NCBI GenBank assembly: GCA_951406725.2
Contig: OX597823.1
Span: 94,054,001-94,118,000 of the forward strand
Reading direction: 5' to 3'
DNA from: Octopus vulgaris
Lineage: Eukaryota
Length of the DNA: 64,000 nucleotides
A program made the translations under genes and the position numbers. Under the pieces are notes generated by a model, which did no database searches, was not told the origin of the DNA, and was given only the letters and a program-made list of their open reading frames with translations. Positions 1 through 12,913 of this stretch are shown piece by piece. How positions within the stretch are numbered: position 1 is the first letter of the stretch; each line of letters starts with the position of its first letter.

Positions 1-872
1 TACGACTTGTTTAAATGCCAAAGAGTTAAGACGTTTCAGAAAATATTGGTCGCAAGAGTAACATTCTTTTCTCTTCCCCTACTCTCTCTTTCACATACAC
101 TCTCTCTTTCACATACACTCTCTCTTTTTCTCCCTGTCTCTTGTTAGAACTCTTAACCTACAGTATCACAGGAAGGACATTTTTCAATCAGGAAAAATTT
201 CAAAAGAAAGTAAAAAAAAGACTGGAAGCGAAGCGTAATTTGTAATATTTACGATGAGAAAATAAAGGAGACATTTTATTCTACAAAGAACAACCTCTGC
301 TCGATCTCGCTGCAATCTAAAGAAATATTTTATTCTATATTAACCAAGAGGTTAAGCAACAAGAGAACAAAGACAAGTGTCTCGAGATATATGAGCGGAA
401 TTTTAATGTATTGCTGTTTTGCTCTAACTAACATAGTCAACAAAATTTGAAACATATTGTGTTTTCATGTATGAGAGTAAAATTATTTCTTTCATACATG
501 TATTTAGAGTTTGAAAGAAAGTTGTATTAACTATTCTGGCCAACGATATCTGAACAATTCTTGCCTTGTTATGAAGCTAAGCGTGAAAATATTATTGCGA
601 TGACAAGATTTGTTAATGTTTTTAATATTAGGAAATTATAGGCAATAATATCACAAATAATTTCTTTCGATATGTACCTATGTGGGTGAGAGAAAAACTG
701 AAGAATAAACTAGGTGAATCGGGATACATACATAGAGACATTCATATTTATATACACACATACAAATATATAGGGAGAGACTGTTTTAAGATACATGGCG
801 TATTTTAAAACTATGCCTGTTCAAGTATCATAATAGCACGAAACTTAGGAGTTCCTTTGTTTGAACGTTTAA

Positions 873-939
<67 letters not shown>

Positions 940-965
940 TATATATACATATATATATATATATG

Positions 966-1111
966 GCCTACCAACAACATGGTTCCAGGCTCATACCCAC
1001 TGCGTGGCACCTTGGGAAAGTGTGTTCTACTATAGCCTCGGGCCGACCAAAGCCTTATGAGTGGGTTTGGTAGACGGAAACTGAAAGAAACCCATCGTAT
1101 ATATGTATATA

Positions 1112-1160
<49 letters not shown>

Positions 1161-1267
1161 TTAGTTAAATATATTCAATGAGTATATTATATACTGAATT
1201 TATATTGAGTGGCCTATTGTATCAAAGTATTAATACTATTAAAGTATGTATATATTTAATACGAGCG

Positions 1268-1303
<36 letters not shown>

Positions 1304-1550
1304 AATAATATTAATAATAATATATTATTAATATATATATATATATATATATAGGAAGTGTGTATATGTTTGTGCGTCTGTGTTTGTCCACCCAACATCA
1401 CTTGACAACCGATGGTGGTGCATTTACGTCCCCGTAACTTAGCGGTTCGGCCAAAGGGCCCAATAGAAAAATACTAGGCTTTCAAAGAATGAGTCGATTT
1501 GCTCGACTAAAGGTGGTGCTTCAGCATGGCCGCAGTAAAATAGATAAAAG
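966..1550 (+). mobile_element. tRNA-derived CORE-like SINE (family B), bipartite with internal (TA)n
   Basis: Head 966-1098 has GTGGCACCTTGGGAAAGTGT (CORE-like). It is followed by (TA)n, then a tail 1355-1550 (CCCGTAACTTAGCGGTTCGG...CAGCATGGCCGCAG). Both modules recur in the window. Confidence 0.75.
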
Positions 1551-2060
1551 TACCTACCCGAAACCCGAGCTCTTCAAAACGAAGTTTTCTGACTAACTTT
1601 TTTTTGTCAGTTCCCGAGTAGTATTTTTTTGTGTATTTGTCTCAATGTCGGTCTATGATTGACCGTCAGCGATGACAGATGGGCGTCCACTAGGGCTCAC
1701 AATATTCAAGATTCAGATTTCCACTGCGAAATCGTTTAAACCATTTTCCTGCTGACCACTCAAGGTCATTTCCACACCAAACGTTTCGTTGATATCGCGA
1801 GCAGTTTCAGCTGCTTTACGCCCTTTTTGGAAGGTAAATAGCAAAATTGCTCGAATATAGCGCTTTGACAATTCCATTTCAGATGATTGTAAAAATGGTT
1901 ACAAAAAAGTCAATGTTAATTTATTGATGCATTTGGACAAGTCTATGTGTGTCTGTATTATCAGTCAATTACAAAAAAATGTTTAAAGAGAATTCAAAAC
2001 TCTGCAAATGTATGGTACAAATTCTTTATGACTCGAAATGTTGCTTGCTTTTCACTCAAC

Positions 2061-2064
<4 letters not shown>
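1551..2064 (-). mobile_element. mariner transposon 5' fragment (TIR + HTH part of transposase, pseudogenised)
   Basis: Minus strand from ATG 1877 reads MELSKRYIRAILLFTFQKGRKAAETARDINETFG, then after a frameshift WFKRFRSGNLNLE..SGRP. Terminus TTAGGTTGAGTGAAAAG abuts TA at 2065. Confidence 0.8.
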
Positions 2065-2146
<82 letters not shown>

Positions 2147-2154
2147 TATCAATA

Positions 2155-2497
2155 ATAACAAAGGGTAAATTTAATTAATTAAGAATTAATCAATAATTTC
2201 ACCAAGTAGAATTCGACATGAAAAAAGGACCATTTCACGGTAAACTTAAGTAATACTTAATAATTAGGTTCCAGCAAAGATTTGCTTTACCACATACCGA
2301 AGTTTAGAAATAGCAGCCGAAAAACCATAGCTATTTCTTCTACTTTAAAAAGGGACTCCCAGAGATCCCAAAATACTTGAAAACAATTCACACAGGCAGA
2401 GAGGAAAGCAACGAAGAAATAGCTAAGGTTTTTTGGCTGCTATTTCTAAACTTCGGTTTGTGGTAAAGCAAATCTTTGCTGAACCCTAATTAATAAG

Positions 2498-2499
<2 letters not shown>
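2155..2499. repeat. asymmetric inverted-repeat element between (TA)n tracts
   Basis: Arms ~2252-2340 and 2413-2499 are near-perfect reverse complements, with a unique left extension starting AACAAAGGGTAAATT. Confidence 0.75.
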
Positions 2500-2529
<30 letters not shown>

Positions 2530-2551
2530 TAAAGACAGTCGTACACATGAG

Positions 2552-2646
<95 letters not shown>

Positions 2647-2776
2647 CATAGATAGATAGATACATAGACGGACAGACAGACAGGTAGGTACGTAGGTAGG
2701 TAGGTAGGTAGGTAGGTAGGTAGGTAGGTAGGTAGATAGGTAGGTAGATAGATAGGTAGGTAGGTAGGTAGGTAGG

Positions 2777-2840
<64 letters not shown>

Positions 2841-2916
2841 CAGAGAGACGAGAGACAGACAGAGAGATAAACAGACAGACAGACTGACAGATAGGCAGAC
2901 AGACAGACAGACAGAC

Positions 2917-2989
<73 letters not shown>

Positions 2990-2995
2990 GATAGA
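2498..2995. repeat. compound microsatellite (TA)n/(TAGA)n/(TAGG)n/(CAGA)n
   Basis: Directly visible. Confidence 0.95.
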
Positions 2996-3099
2996 CATTA
3001 AGTATTTATGTGAGTGTGGGTGTCCCTATCTGTGTTTGTATGTGTGTGTATGTGTCCCTGTGTGTGTGAGTGATCCTGTGTGCGTTTGTGTCTGTCTTT

Positions 3100-3305
3100 G
3101 TGTGTGTTTGTGTCCCACACCACCACTTCATAACCAGCGTTGGTGTTTTTATGTTCTTGTAACTTAGCGTATCGGTAAAAGTTACGATAGAATATGTACC
3201 AGACTCCAAGAGAAATAAGTGCCGGGCTCGATTCGTTTGACTAAAATTGTTCAGGGCGATGCCCCAGCATGGCCGCAATCTAATGACTAAAACAGGTAAA
3301 AGATA
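3100..3305 (+). mobile_element. SINE family B 3' module
   Basis: Homologous to 1355-1550 (GTAACTTAGCG...CCAGCATGGCCGCA). Confidence 0.7.
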
Positions 3306-3364
3306 TCAAAGATATATGCATCTATGTATGACTTTTCTTTGAGTTTTATTCAATTTTTTCTTAA

Positions 3365-3558
3365 CCCATCAACTCCCACTGTCCTATAAATAGGACAATA
3401 AATGAGAACATTAAATAAGCTATATCATGTCCCATTTCCATTTCTACTTAAAGTAAAAGAGTTTTAATAATTATTTTTTTCATTTTAAACTATTTTCAAT
3501 CATCTGTAAAAATGTAAAAGTAATATTCAGAAATTTAAGTACTCTGGGACTAAATGGG
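3365..3558. mobile_element. piggyBac-type MITE
   Basis: TTAA duplications at 3361-3364 and 3559-3562, CCCAT...ATGGG termini. A second copy lies at 54103-54316. Confidence 0.85.
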
Positions 3559-4331
3559 TTAAGACAGTTCGAGTTGGTCGGTAACATAGCAGGAGGACTT
3601 GTGAGTGAAGAGAATTACCGATGCTTGATTCTTCAGACTGAGACTCAAGATAATACTGAAGAATTTGTAAGAGAAGATATCTTACATGTTTCTCCGAAAT
3701 GCACAATCTTGTAAATCCGATTAGAAAATAAACCATGCGTAATGGTGAATAAATAATGCCAAATTTACTTTCCAATCTCATGTTTCAAAAGGTAATTACA
3801 ATGGAAAAGTAGTCTTCGCTATTTTAAAAACTGTTTTGCGGAAATATAACATCTACATACACCTTGGGAGAACTGAAATAAGCAGACGTACTTCAAAAGT
3901 AGACATTTTGTACTGTAAGCCTACCTGCGTTGTATAAATATATATTATCATCATTGCGGTGTTCCAGTATGGCAAGAGATGAATAACTGAAATTGTAGGT
4001 GATGGCAAACGGTTTGCCTTTTCATATTTATTTTAATCTACATTTGCCTGCTCAAAGAAAAATCACTTATATCCGCTCCTGACAGGCAGCTCAAACCGGA
4101 GTTTAAGTGGTTAACAAAATACAGCACTGATAGTACATAGCTATTACTCTAAGTCTCTTAACGAATACTCCTTACATATTCTGTATGTATATAAAGATTC
4201 CGTTGAATCAGGTACTTAAATTGAGGGGCTAGAGATATAACAGCAGAAACAATGTAAATATATTGAGTTCCATTACTGACGTGAATATGTTAAAGCAGTA
4301 GTTTTATCCTGTATGTTTGACGTCTATGCGG

Positions 4332-4414
4332 TCGTCTGACGAGAACGGTTTCTTTCAAATGATGTAATGTTTTCATTAATCAATCAAAGGATTCGCTTGA
4401 AACGGCCGTAATGA
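4332..4414 (+). ncRNA. type-I hammerhead ribozyme motif with long stem II (Penelope-like pLTR)
   Basis: TCGT-CTGACGA(4336-4342)-imperfect long hairpin-GAAA(4399-4402)-CGGCCGT-A-ATGA. Stem III is the palindrome ACGGCCGT, with a GUA cleavage triplet. Confidence 0.6.
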
Positions 4415-4629
4415 ATTGACACCTGTACATCTTCATTACTCATTTATATATGTATATATATATATATAGTTTTGCAAACAACTTACAGATATAAGTGCTA
4501 TCAATTGACAGTTCCTTGATGTGACGACCATACGTAGTCCAAGTCTCAGAAGAATATAAAAGGGCAATTAAGTCACATGATACGAAAGCTTAGTTTTAGT
4601 TTTAATGGTGCTACTTCTGTCAGAGTACA

Positions 4630-5306
4630 CAAAGCTTTCCAAATGTTTTATTTGGTTTCTGTTTTCGGTTCTCAGATTATTTCAGAATCCAGGGATCCTT
4701 CTCTAAACGGGATGCTAACAAGGTAGACGAAATTGCCGATTACATCAAGTCCTCTTACTTGCACAATGATATTAGCTTCGACATAAGGTTGGCCTAGAGG
4801 CTGAGAGAACCTGACCATTGTCTTCTTCAAACTGACATCAAGTCCAAAAGTAGAGCATACTCAAGAGAAGACATCCATTGAACCCTGCATGTTTTATTGA
4901 TTGTGAGAAATGAGAACTATATTGTCAGCATAAAGGAGTTCGAGAAAAAAATAGCCTGGGAATTCTTCGATTTTGCATTGAAGTGTATTACATCAAAGGA
5001 CTTATTTGTGTTTCTGAAACATATGTAGACACAGATATTGCTGTCTTGGTAAACGATAAAAAAATCATTTTTATTTTCTTATCTCACCTACAGTCGAATG
5101 ATAATATTCTTTTCAGGCAGACATTTTCATCGATAACTGAGGAATTTTGAAAACAGATCAGTGAAGCGCTCAGTCCAATGTTTTATGCTGACAATATAGT
5201 TCTCATTTCTCACAATGAATAAAACATGCAGGGTTCAATGGAAGTTTTCTCTTGAGTATGCTCTACTTTTGGACTTGATGTTAGTTTGAAGAAGACAATG
5301 GTCAGG
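4630..5306. mobile_element. RTE-clade LINE reverse-transcriptase fragments in inverted arrangement
   Basis: 5182-5306(+) reads FYADNIVLISHNE*NMQGSMEVFS*VCSTFGLDVSLKKTMV. 4812-4934 is its reverse complement and continues on minus into NFVYLVS...LDSEI. Confidence 0.75.
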
Positions 5307-5392
<86 letters not shown>

Positions 5393-5394
5393 AA

Positions 5395-5790
5395 TGTTTG
5401 TGCTTTTTCTTTTTGTTTCAGTTGTTGGAGTGCAACAGCCATGCAGGGGGGGGACTGCCTACAAGAATTTTAGTCAAACAATTCGACCCGACATCTTATT
5501 TGTTACTTTATTACTTATTCCAGCCAGTACCTGTTGCCATTGGTTAGCGCGGTGGAGGAGACAAACAAAAGTCGCACAGACAATTATACGCGTGTATATA
5601 CACACATATATATAGAGAAGGGTAGATAGATGTATGATAGGTCTCCACACAACTTCCATCTGCCGTCAGTGACAAGGCTTTGATCTGTTAGCCTGGAGTC
5701 ATAGTAGAAACTACTTGCTCAAGGTGTCTCACAGTGGAATTGAACGAGAAACCCTGCACTTGCAAAGCGAGCTTACCCCCCATACATATC
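5395..5790 (-). mobile_element. degenerate SINE family B
   Basis: Head homology 5640-5790 and tail homology 5395-5580, both on minus. Confidence 0.55.
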
Positions 5791-6374
5791 TGTACCTATA
5801 GATATAATTACGATGTATCTATGCGTGTGTATGTTTGTGTGTGAGTATGTGTGCATGTGTGTGTATGTCTTGCTTTATGTGCTTAATTACAAACTTCAGA
5901 CATGTAATGTACTTTGAAACCAATCTCATATCGATGTATCTAAGCGACAGTCATCAAAATGTTAATTTAAGTATTGTAGATTATAATTTTAAATAGTTCC
6001 GTTTATTAGATTTCAATCTTTCGCCACCAAATTTCTAATTAAATACACTGCCTTCTATATTCGTCAGCTTCTGTTTAACCTTACACCACACAATTTGCTT
6101 TCATAAGTATACGATGTAAGATTTAAATTATAAAACTGGCAATTTACTACTACAAAGCCTGGGGTAGTCTCCTACGGGTTGGTTTCAAGATAGTTTCAAA
6201 TTAATCGCAACATATTCTTAGATTCGTGGAGTGTTAGTGCGAGTAGAGCGACGGAACAAATGCGTTTCGACATTTGGTTGCAATTCTTGTTCTGAGTTTG
6301 AATCTCGCTGATTTTCATTTTGTACTGTGTCGTACCTCCGTCATTAAGAAACGAATTGAGTACTCGTAAATATA

Positions 6375-6688
6375 TAAGTGTCTCACAGTTTTAAAGCCTT
6401 GTACCGGTATTAAAAATCACTAAAACTTATCAAACTCAAAGCAGCCCTTCGCCCACCATTAAAGGTAAAACAAAAAATACTTGAGGGTCGCTCTCTTTTC
6501 AAATTATGAAAACACGTGTCCCTAAGGTTGATATTCTTTATCATTCATTTAGAAACAATAAGGAAATTACCAATTAAGGTCGGGTTCTTTTTCCAGAAAG
6601 GAAAAGTCAATATTATTCAGAGATTCTGGATTATTAAATTCTTAAAGAAGCTCCATTAACTTTTTGAGAAACTTCACCCACCATTAAA

Positions 6689-6749
<61 letters not shown>

Positions 6750-6882
6750 GGTGAGGATCGCTCTATCTTTTCAAATTATGAAAACTCGTGTCCCTGCAGT
6801 TGACATTCTTTATCATTGATTTAGAAACAATAAGGAAATTACCATTTGAAGTCGGGGTCCTTTAACTTTTTGAGACACTGTA
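6375..6882. mobile_element. probable non-autonomous Tc1/mariner element with internal direct duplication
   Basis: Right end AACTTTTTGAGACACTG-TA, degenerate left end AAGTGTCTCACAG. 6447-6583 is duplicated at 6672-6856. Confidence 0.45.
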
Positions 6883-7716
6883 TTGAATTTCTAGGCGATA
6901 CATTTCATTGAAATTAAATCGCAAATATTATTTTTAGTTATTGAAGGCACCGAACAGCTTCGTGTGTGTCGTCTCTTATTCAACATTACGCTTATTTCAT
7001 CCTTGTTGTCATTAAGCTTGTATCAGTTAACCTCGTTTTCCTTTCTCTTTTTACTTTCAACAGCGGGTTAGCATATTCTGTCTATTTCTCGTCTCACTTC
7101 CGAAGTAAAAGTAATTAATATTGAAAAACATCCCGGCCTTTTACACTGAACATTAATTATTTGATTGATTGATTAATTAATTAATTAATTAATTAAGCAC
7201 CTCCTGAGTTAATCATAACTGAACGCCTTTATATTGAATATAAAGTATTTGTATTTGCTCCGAAGTTTGATTTTATTCTGTAAATTTGTAATTTGTGCCA
7301 CCCAAACTTCACATCCAACAGCATAATTTTGATGGAAGCCCACTAGTGAGATAGATAGGTATGTATTTAGATAGATAGATAAATAGATAAATAGATAGAT
7401 AGATAGATGGATAGATAGACAAATAGACAGACAGATGCATACATATATGTTTGGATGCGTGTATGCAGAGAGAGAAAATAAAATGGAGAGCGTTTTCATA
7501 ATTTATGTAAGTAATCTTACGCGTCAATGATAATAATATCCATTATATACAGATAATTGTATAAGGAGATTACATAATCAAATCGGCAGAGATTGCATAA
7601 CACTCGAAAAATCTTTTTAAGATAGTTTACGAAGTTCGGACATTTTTATTGGTATCCATGAATGCAGTCTCTGAAATTTGACGACGTAACCTGCTTACAA
7701 GGTTATATGAGGGATA

Positions 7717-8113
7717 TCTTTATATATAAAAGTAAGGTTGTGTGTCTGTCTACTCCGATTTAGATTCCTAACTACTCCCACATTTTGCGGTTCAGTTTAA
7801 CCAAAACCGGGTATCTTATAGTCGTGATTCATATCGAGCCCTTCTGGGTATTAACGCGCGTCTACGATGAGTCTACGATTTTAAAAATAATTTACCATCA
7901 TTTTTTTTCCATTTTAATGCATATTTTTTTAAATATAAGGGAAGTAACTCTCTAAAAGTGTCTACAATGAGTCAACGATTTTCAAAAAGATTTGCCATCA
8001 TATTTTTTCCATTTTTAATGCATTTTTTTTGCTATTTTTTGGCTATAACTCTCTAAAAATGCTTTATAGTTATTTCCCTTACAAATCCGAGCAACGCCGG
8101 GCGATACTGCTAG
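7717..8113 (+). mobile_element. non-autonomous Helitron
   Basis: 5' A|TC at 7716/7717, subterminal GC hairpin CCGAGCAACGCCGG 8087-8100, 3' CTAG|T at 8110-8114. Contains an internal ~100 bp tandem duplication. Confidence 0.85.
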
Positions 8114-8329
8114 TCATTTATATTAATGATGCACGTGTAAGATGATGTAATTGAATAGTTTGTGTGGAGAATCTTCTGCGCTTTTTTCTATATATATTTT
8201 GTGATGTTTCTAACTTTGCAAAGTAATGCAACAAAAATTATGAATCCAAACATGGAGTTCTCGTCGCAGATTTTTTCGCTCAAATTATAAGAAAACATAT
8301 AGAGTTTTATATAATGTAAACTAGAATAC

Positions 8330-8360
<31 letters not shown>

Positions 8361-8379
8361 TGTGTGTGTATGTGTGTGT

Positions 8380-8428
<49 letters not shown>

Positions 8429-9635
8429 CGAAGGAAAAAAACGGAAAATATGTTCCCTTTCAACTGATTTTTCCAGCTCAAGGTATTTGCTGGAGTTTGT
8501 CGACAAGCATCATTTTATTGATGCTTATTATTCTCTCAATAATGCAAGAGAGACTATTTCTAGGCTTTAGACTTGCAACTGAAATAAGAACGACATTTGT
8601 CAGCTTCTAAGACATTAACGATTATTTCAGTGAATAAAAACCGTTTATCCGTTTCTAACCGACAGGAAAGAAAGTTATAAAAGCAAAATGTAAGAAGCTA
8701 TTGAATACCATATATGGAATTATCTCTCAAAAATCCAAGAGAAAGTGTTGACCGCCAGGATTCCTTTACTCAGATAAAAAAAGCAAAAAGCTTTGAGTAT
8801 AAAGTATAAATGTGACAATTCTAACATTTAGAAGGAGGAAGTAGAGCATCATTTAGTCATTGAAGAATTTTACTGTAAGATGACAGAAATAAATCTACCC
8901 ATTTATGATAATCAGGACTCGGAATGCACTAGAATTTAAGTCCTGCTCATTAGGGCATTCAGACTTTTGATCGAAAGCAAAGTCTACAGCATATTGCTTA
9001 AAGTTAATCATTTCCATAAGATTGCCATGGCAGAAAAATCAAGTTTTTTTCCTCTCAGATGACTACGATTGAACGTTTCATTCAGATAAGATAACAAAAT
9101 TGCGGATACATTGTGGAGATCTTGTCACAATTATTCGCTCGCCATCCTCAACGCGTTGAACCGACGGTGTTTTCATGGGTGTTGTAATGCTTTCCGGTGT
9201 TGCTTTCCACCATATACCCAATGTAAAATATTTTATATGTCAGATAGAGTCAATTATCACACCTTTAGTAATCGACATTCAATTATTTTATCGATGCTTG
9301 ATTCCAGTAAATTTCGAACTAAATATCACAAAATATGTCGCACGCATATCTACCGCTTATAAGAAAGATCTTTCACCAAAACACTGCCTTCCCTGGCCAT
9401 GATAGCTCACTGAATTCATCCACCCATTCTGCCAATATCCTGGTTATCAATGCATCACGTATTTCTGACAATTTCATGCAAATGACACTTTGGAATCATA
9501 AAATTAAGGGTCCTGTTTTCAATACAAGAATTCTTTATTTACTGCTGACCATTCAGTGGAGACACGAGAGAATGATTACAAGCTGCAGAAGAATGAATAT
9601 CTCGATAATTGGACAAATTTCCAGTAAAGACTGGC

Positions 9636-9842
9636 TTTAAATTTCGAGACAGGCTCGAGAATTCCGGAGGCAGGGGTAAGTCGATTCCATCAACCCTCAG
9701 ATTTCAATTGACATTAATGTTATCCATGCTGAACGAATGAAAGACAACGTCGACCCCAGAGGAATTTGAACGCAGAACGTAAGTACGCACGGTATAGCGC
9801 AAAATATTTTGCCGGTGTGCAAAAGATTTTGCCAGCTCATCT
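9636..9842 (-). mobile_element. degenerate tRNA-derived SINE family A
   Basis: Reverse complement of the family A motif ACGTTCTGAGTTCAAATTCC...GTCGAC..TTTCAT. Confidence 0.7.
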
Positions 9843-9954
9843 CCACAAATGTCAAGAAAATATTAATGCCAGAAGCTTTAATGAAATTTTGTAAGAATAA
9901 TCAAATTTTGTTGTATTTAAAACTTTAATAAGTATTCGCTTCTCAGATCTGACA

Positions 9955-10013
<59 letters not shown>

Positions 10014-10457
10014 TAGATTCACACACATGGGTGGATGCACATATACATGCATACTTCAGTTTGGCAGACTAATGGATAGCTTTTTTGCGTTTATTCATTG
10101 CAGACACAAAGGAACAAACTGGCAAGTCGTTCTTTGTCAGGTGTAACTGAAAGTATAGTCAAATCTCTAAGGTCATAACCAAAACACGTTAATGTTTGCC
10201 AGAAATGTTACAAAGTCCACAGAAATGATGGTGAAGGCAAGGATTTGAGAGGAACTTACGGGCACATTTTCTTTTGTGAATATTTTTTCTCCAAGACATT
10301 ATTTGGGGAATTAGCCACAACACAATTATGTTCCCTAATTAAAACGTTTAAAAGTTAAATAAAACATTGTGGTATTATGCGTTGTGTGTGTGTGTGTATG
10401 TGTGTGTGTGTGTGCGTGTGTGTGTGTGTGTGTACGCGTGTGTGTGTGTTATATATA

Positions 10458-11247
10458 TTGGGTCATCCCATAAATAATGCGGTTATTTCAATTGCATGAA
10501 CTAAAAGTCGGAGAGGGAAGGGATAAACTACCTGCATCAACTTGCTATTAAAGCAGGTAGTAATTTTACCTTGCACTTATTTTAGTGCAAGTTTTGAAGT
10601 TTTGAAGTTCAGTTTTAACAGTTATAATGGAAGTGACAAAGGAGCATATTCGGCATATTTTGCTTCATGAGTTCAATAAAGGCAACAACGGAAAGTGCGA
10701 GGAATATTAATGCTGTATACGGGGATCGAACAATAAGCGTCAGACAGTGTCAACGGTGGTTCCAGAAACTCCGAGCCGCAAACTACAGTCTAGAATATGA
10801 GCCTTGTCCTAGAAGATCTGTAGAGTTTGACGAGGGCGTCTTGCAAACCCTGGTGGAACAAAATCCTATTGTAACTGTTGAAGAAATGGCAGAGAAGCTT
10901 GAATTTGGTCACTCAAGCATTCATCAATACAAGCCATCGGAAAAGTCAGAAAAACTGGGTCAAAGGGTTCCTCACAAACTTTCCTAGTCTAATCGCGCAC
11001 AGAGGGTAAATCTGTGCCCTTCTATGCTATCACGTCTTACGAATGAACCTTTATTTGGACTGAATAGTGACAGGTGACAAGAAATGTGCTCTTTATAAAA
11101 ATGTCAAGCGCTGAAGACAGTGGGTAGAGAAAGGAGGAATACCAGCACCACAGGCTAAATAAGGTCTTCACCTACGTAAGTAATTGCTATCTGATTGGTG
11201 AGATATAAAAGCTTTAGTCCACTTTAAACTTCTAAACTCAAACCAAA

Positions 11248-11250
<3 letters not shown>
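10458..11250 (+). mobile_element. mariner transposon, 3'-truncated pseudogene
   Basis: ATG 10627 gives MEVTKEHIRHILLHEFNKG; after a frameshift ARNINAVYGDRTISVRQCQRWFQKLR, a WVPHEL-like RVPHKL and IVTGD. It breaks off at (TA)n. Confidence 0.9.
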
Positions 11251-11291
<41 letters not shown>

Positions 11292-11393
11292 GTCGAAATT
11301 ATACAAAAACAAACAAGACAGACAAATGAGCGAACAAGGAACAGGGTGTAATTATTTGGACGCTCACGAAAAGCGGAAGGTATCATTTCGAGC

Positions 11394-11424
<31 letters not shown>

Positions 11425-11429
<5 letters not shown>

Positions 11430-11693
11430 CAACATTTGAATTTAATTTGTCAAAATATTTTCGTCGCTTTGAAACCGCGACCTGTTCACTGAGATGCAGC
11501 ACGGAATTTTGTCATTCAATAGGTCGCGGTTTCGAATCGACGAAAATATTTTGACAAATTTAATTTAAATGTTGAAGTGAATCTAACGGTTTTTTGTATC
11601 TTTGAATGGCTTATAAACACCTTCCACGCTGCAACTGTTTTTGTTTCAACACACCACCTCAGACCAGGTCACTCCATATGCAAGTACATCCTC
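11425..11693. mobile_element. palindromic hammerhead-bearing repeat (family P), copy 1
   Basis: Inverted arms around spacer GATGCAGCACGGAATTT. Homologous to 49092-49339 and 62437-62767. Confidence 0.85.
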
Positions 11694-11705
11694 TATGACT
11701 ATATA

Positions 11706-12691
11706 CAGGGGTTGGACAAAATAATGGAAGCACCTTAAAATTTCAAACAAATTTATTTCAATATGGAGTAGGTCTGCCGTTGGCAGTAATTACAGCGTGA
11801 ATTCTACGAGGTATGGACTCGTGCAAAGTTTGAATTGAGGATCTGCGGATTTTGGTAGCCAGATAAGGTGTTCAACATCACTAGAATTTTCCTCGTGCCG
11901 TTCAGTAACAACTTTAGCTGTGTGAATTTATGCATTATCATCCTGAAAGATTGCGTTTCCTTCCGGAAACAGTTCCGCAACCATAGGATGAGTTTGATCA
12001 AATGAAATGCTTAAATAGTCTTGACTATCAATAATTCTGCCGTGAAGGGAAAGTATTGGGCCGGCAGATTTCCAAGATATACCCCCACCCAATCATCACA
12101 GATCTTCCTGCAGGTTTAACAGTTGGAAGAAGGCAGTCTGGGTCAAATCCTTCTTTTGGCTGCTTCTACGCGTATACTAGACGGTGGTCGGAAATAAGGT
12201 AAAGGATGACTCGTCCGAGAAAATAACATTCTTCCACTACTTTAGGGACCAATTCTGTATGTTTTTACACCACTATAAACGCTTTGCAACGTTTGCTTTT
12301 GAAAGTAGTGGATTTCTAATTGCTGCCCTCCCGTGAAATCCGGATTTGTGCAGCTCTCGGCGAACATTTGCTTGGTGGAAACTGGGTTCTCGAGGTGGTC
12401 ATTAAGCTCTGCAGTAATTTTGGGAGGTGTTTTCGTTACGCTAGCGCCTGCCATGCGAGCACCAACAATTTGACCTCTTTGAAAGTCCGATAGATCTGTC
12501 ATTTTAATGAATCTTAATTACCTATTTCTGGTGATATCTGAAACGAAACTGCAATTTTAGCCAAACATATTAAGCAACACTAATAATAAATCAAAAAGCA
12601 TATAAATAAACAAGCTTTTGACAGTTTTACAGATATTTCAAAATCATGATGCTATGATGCTAAGTATCTCCATTATTTTGTCCAGCCCCTG
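11706..12691 (-). mobile_element. Tc1-like DNA transposon, internally deleted
   Basis: TIRs CAGGGGTTGGACAAAATAATGGA / TCCATTATTTTGTCCAGCCCCTG with TA on both sides. Reads MTDLSDFQRGQIVGARMAGAS plus disrupted DDE-domain segments. Confidence 0.9.
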
Positions 12692-12913
12692 TATATACAT
12701 ATATAAATATGTATGTGTGCATGTGTGGGGCGCATGTGTAACTTCGTTACATGTAACCATTTATTCTTCTATAATGAAGCTTGAGAAAAGAATATGTTTT
12801 TTGTTTCAGATGATGGAATTTAAGATTAGAATAGAAAGTATTTTTCCAAACTTGACAATTCCAAAATTTGAAGCACTAATCCAAGGAATTTAATATTTTA
12901 TTGGGAGAGAAAG

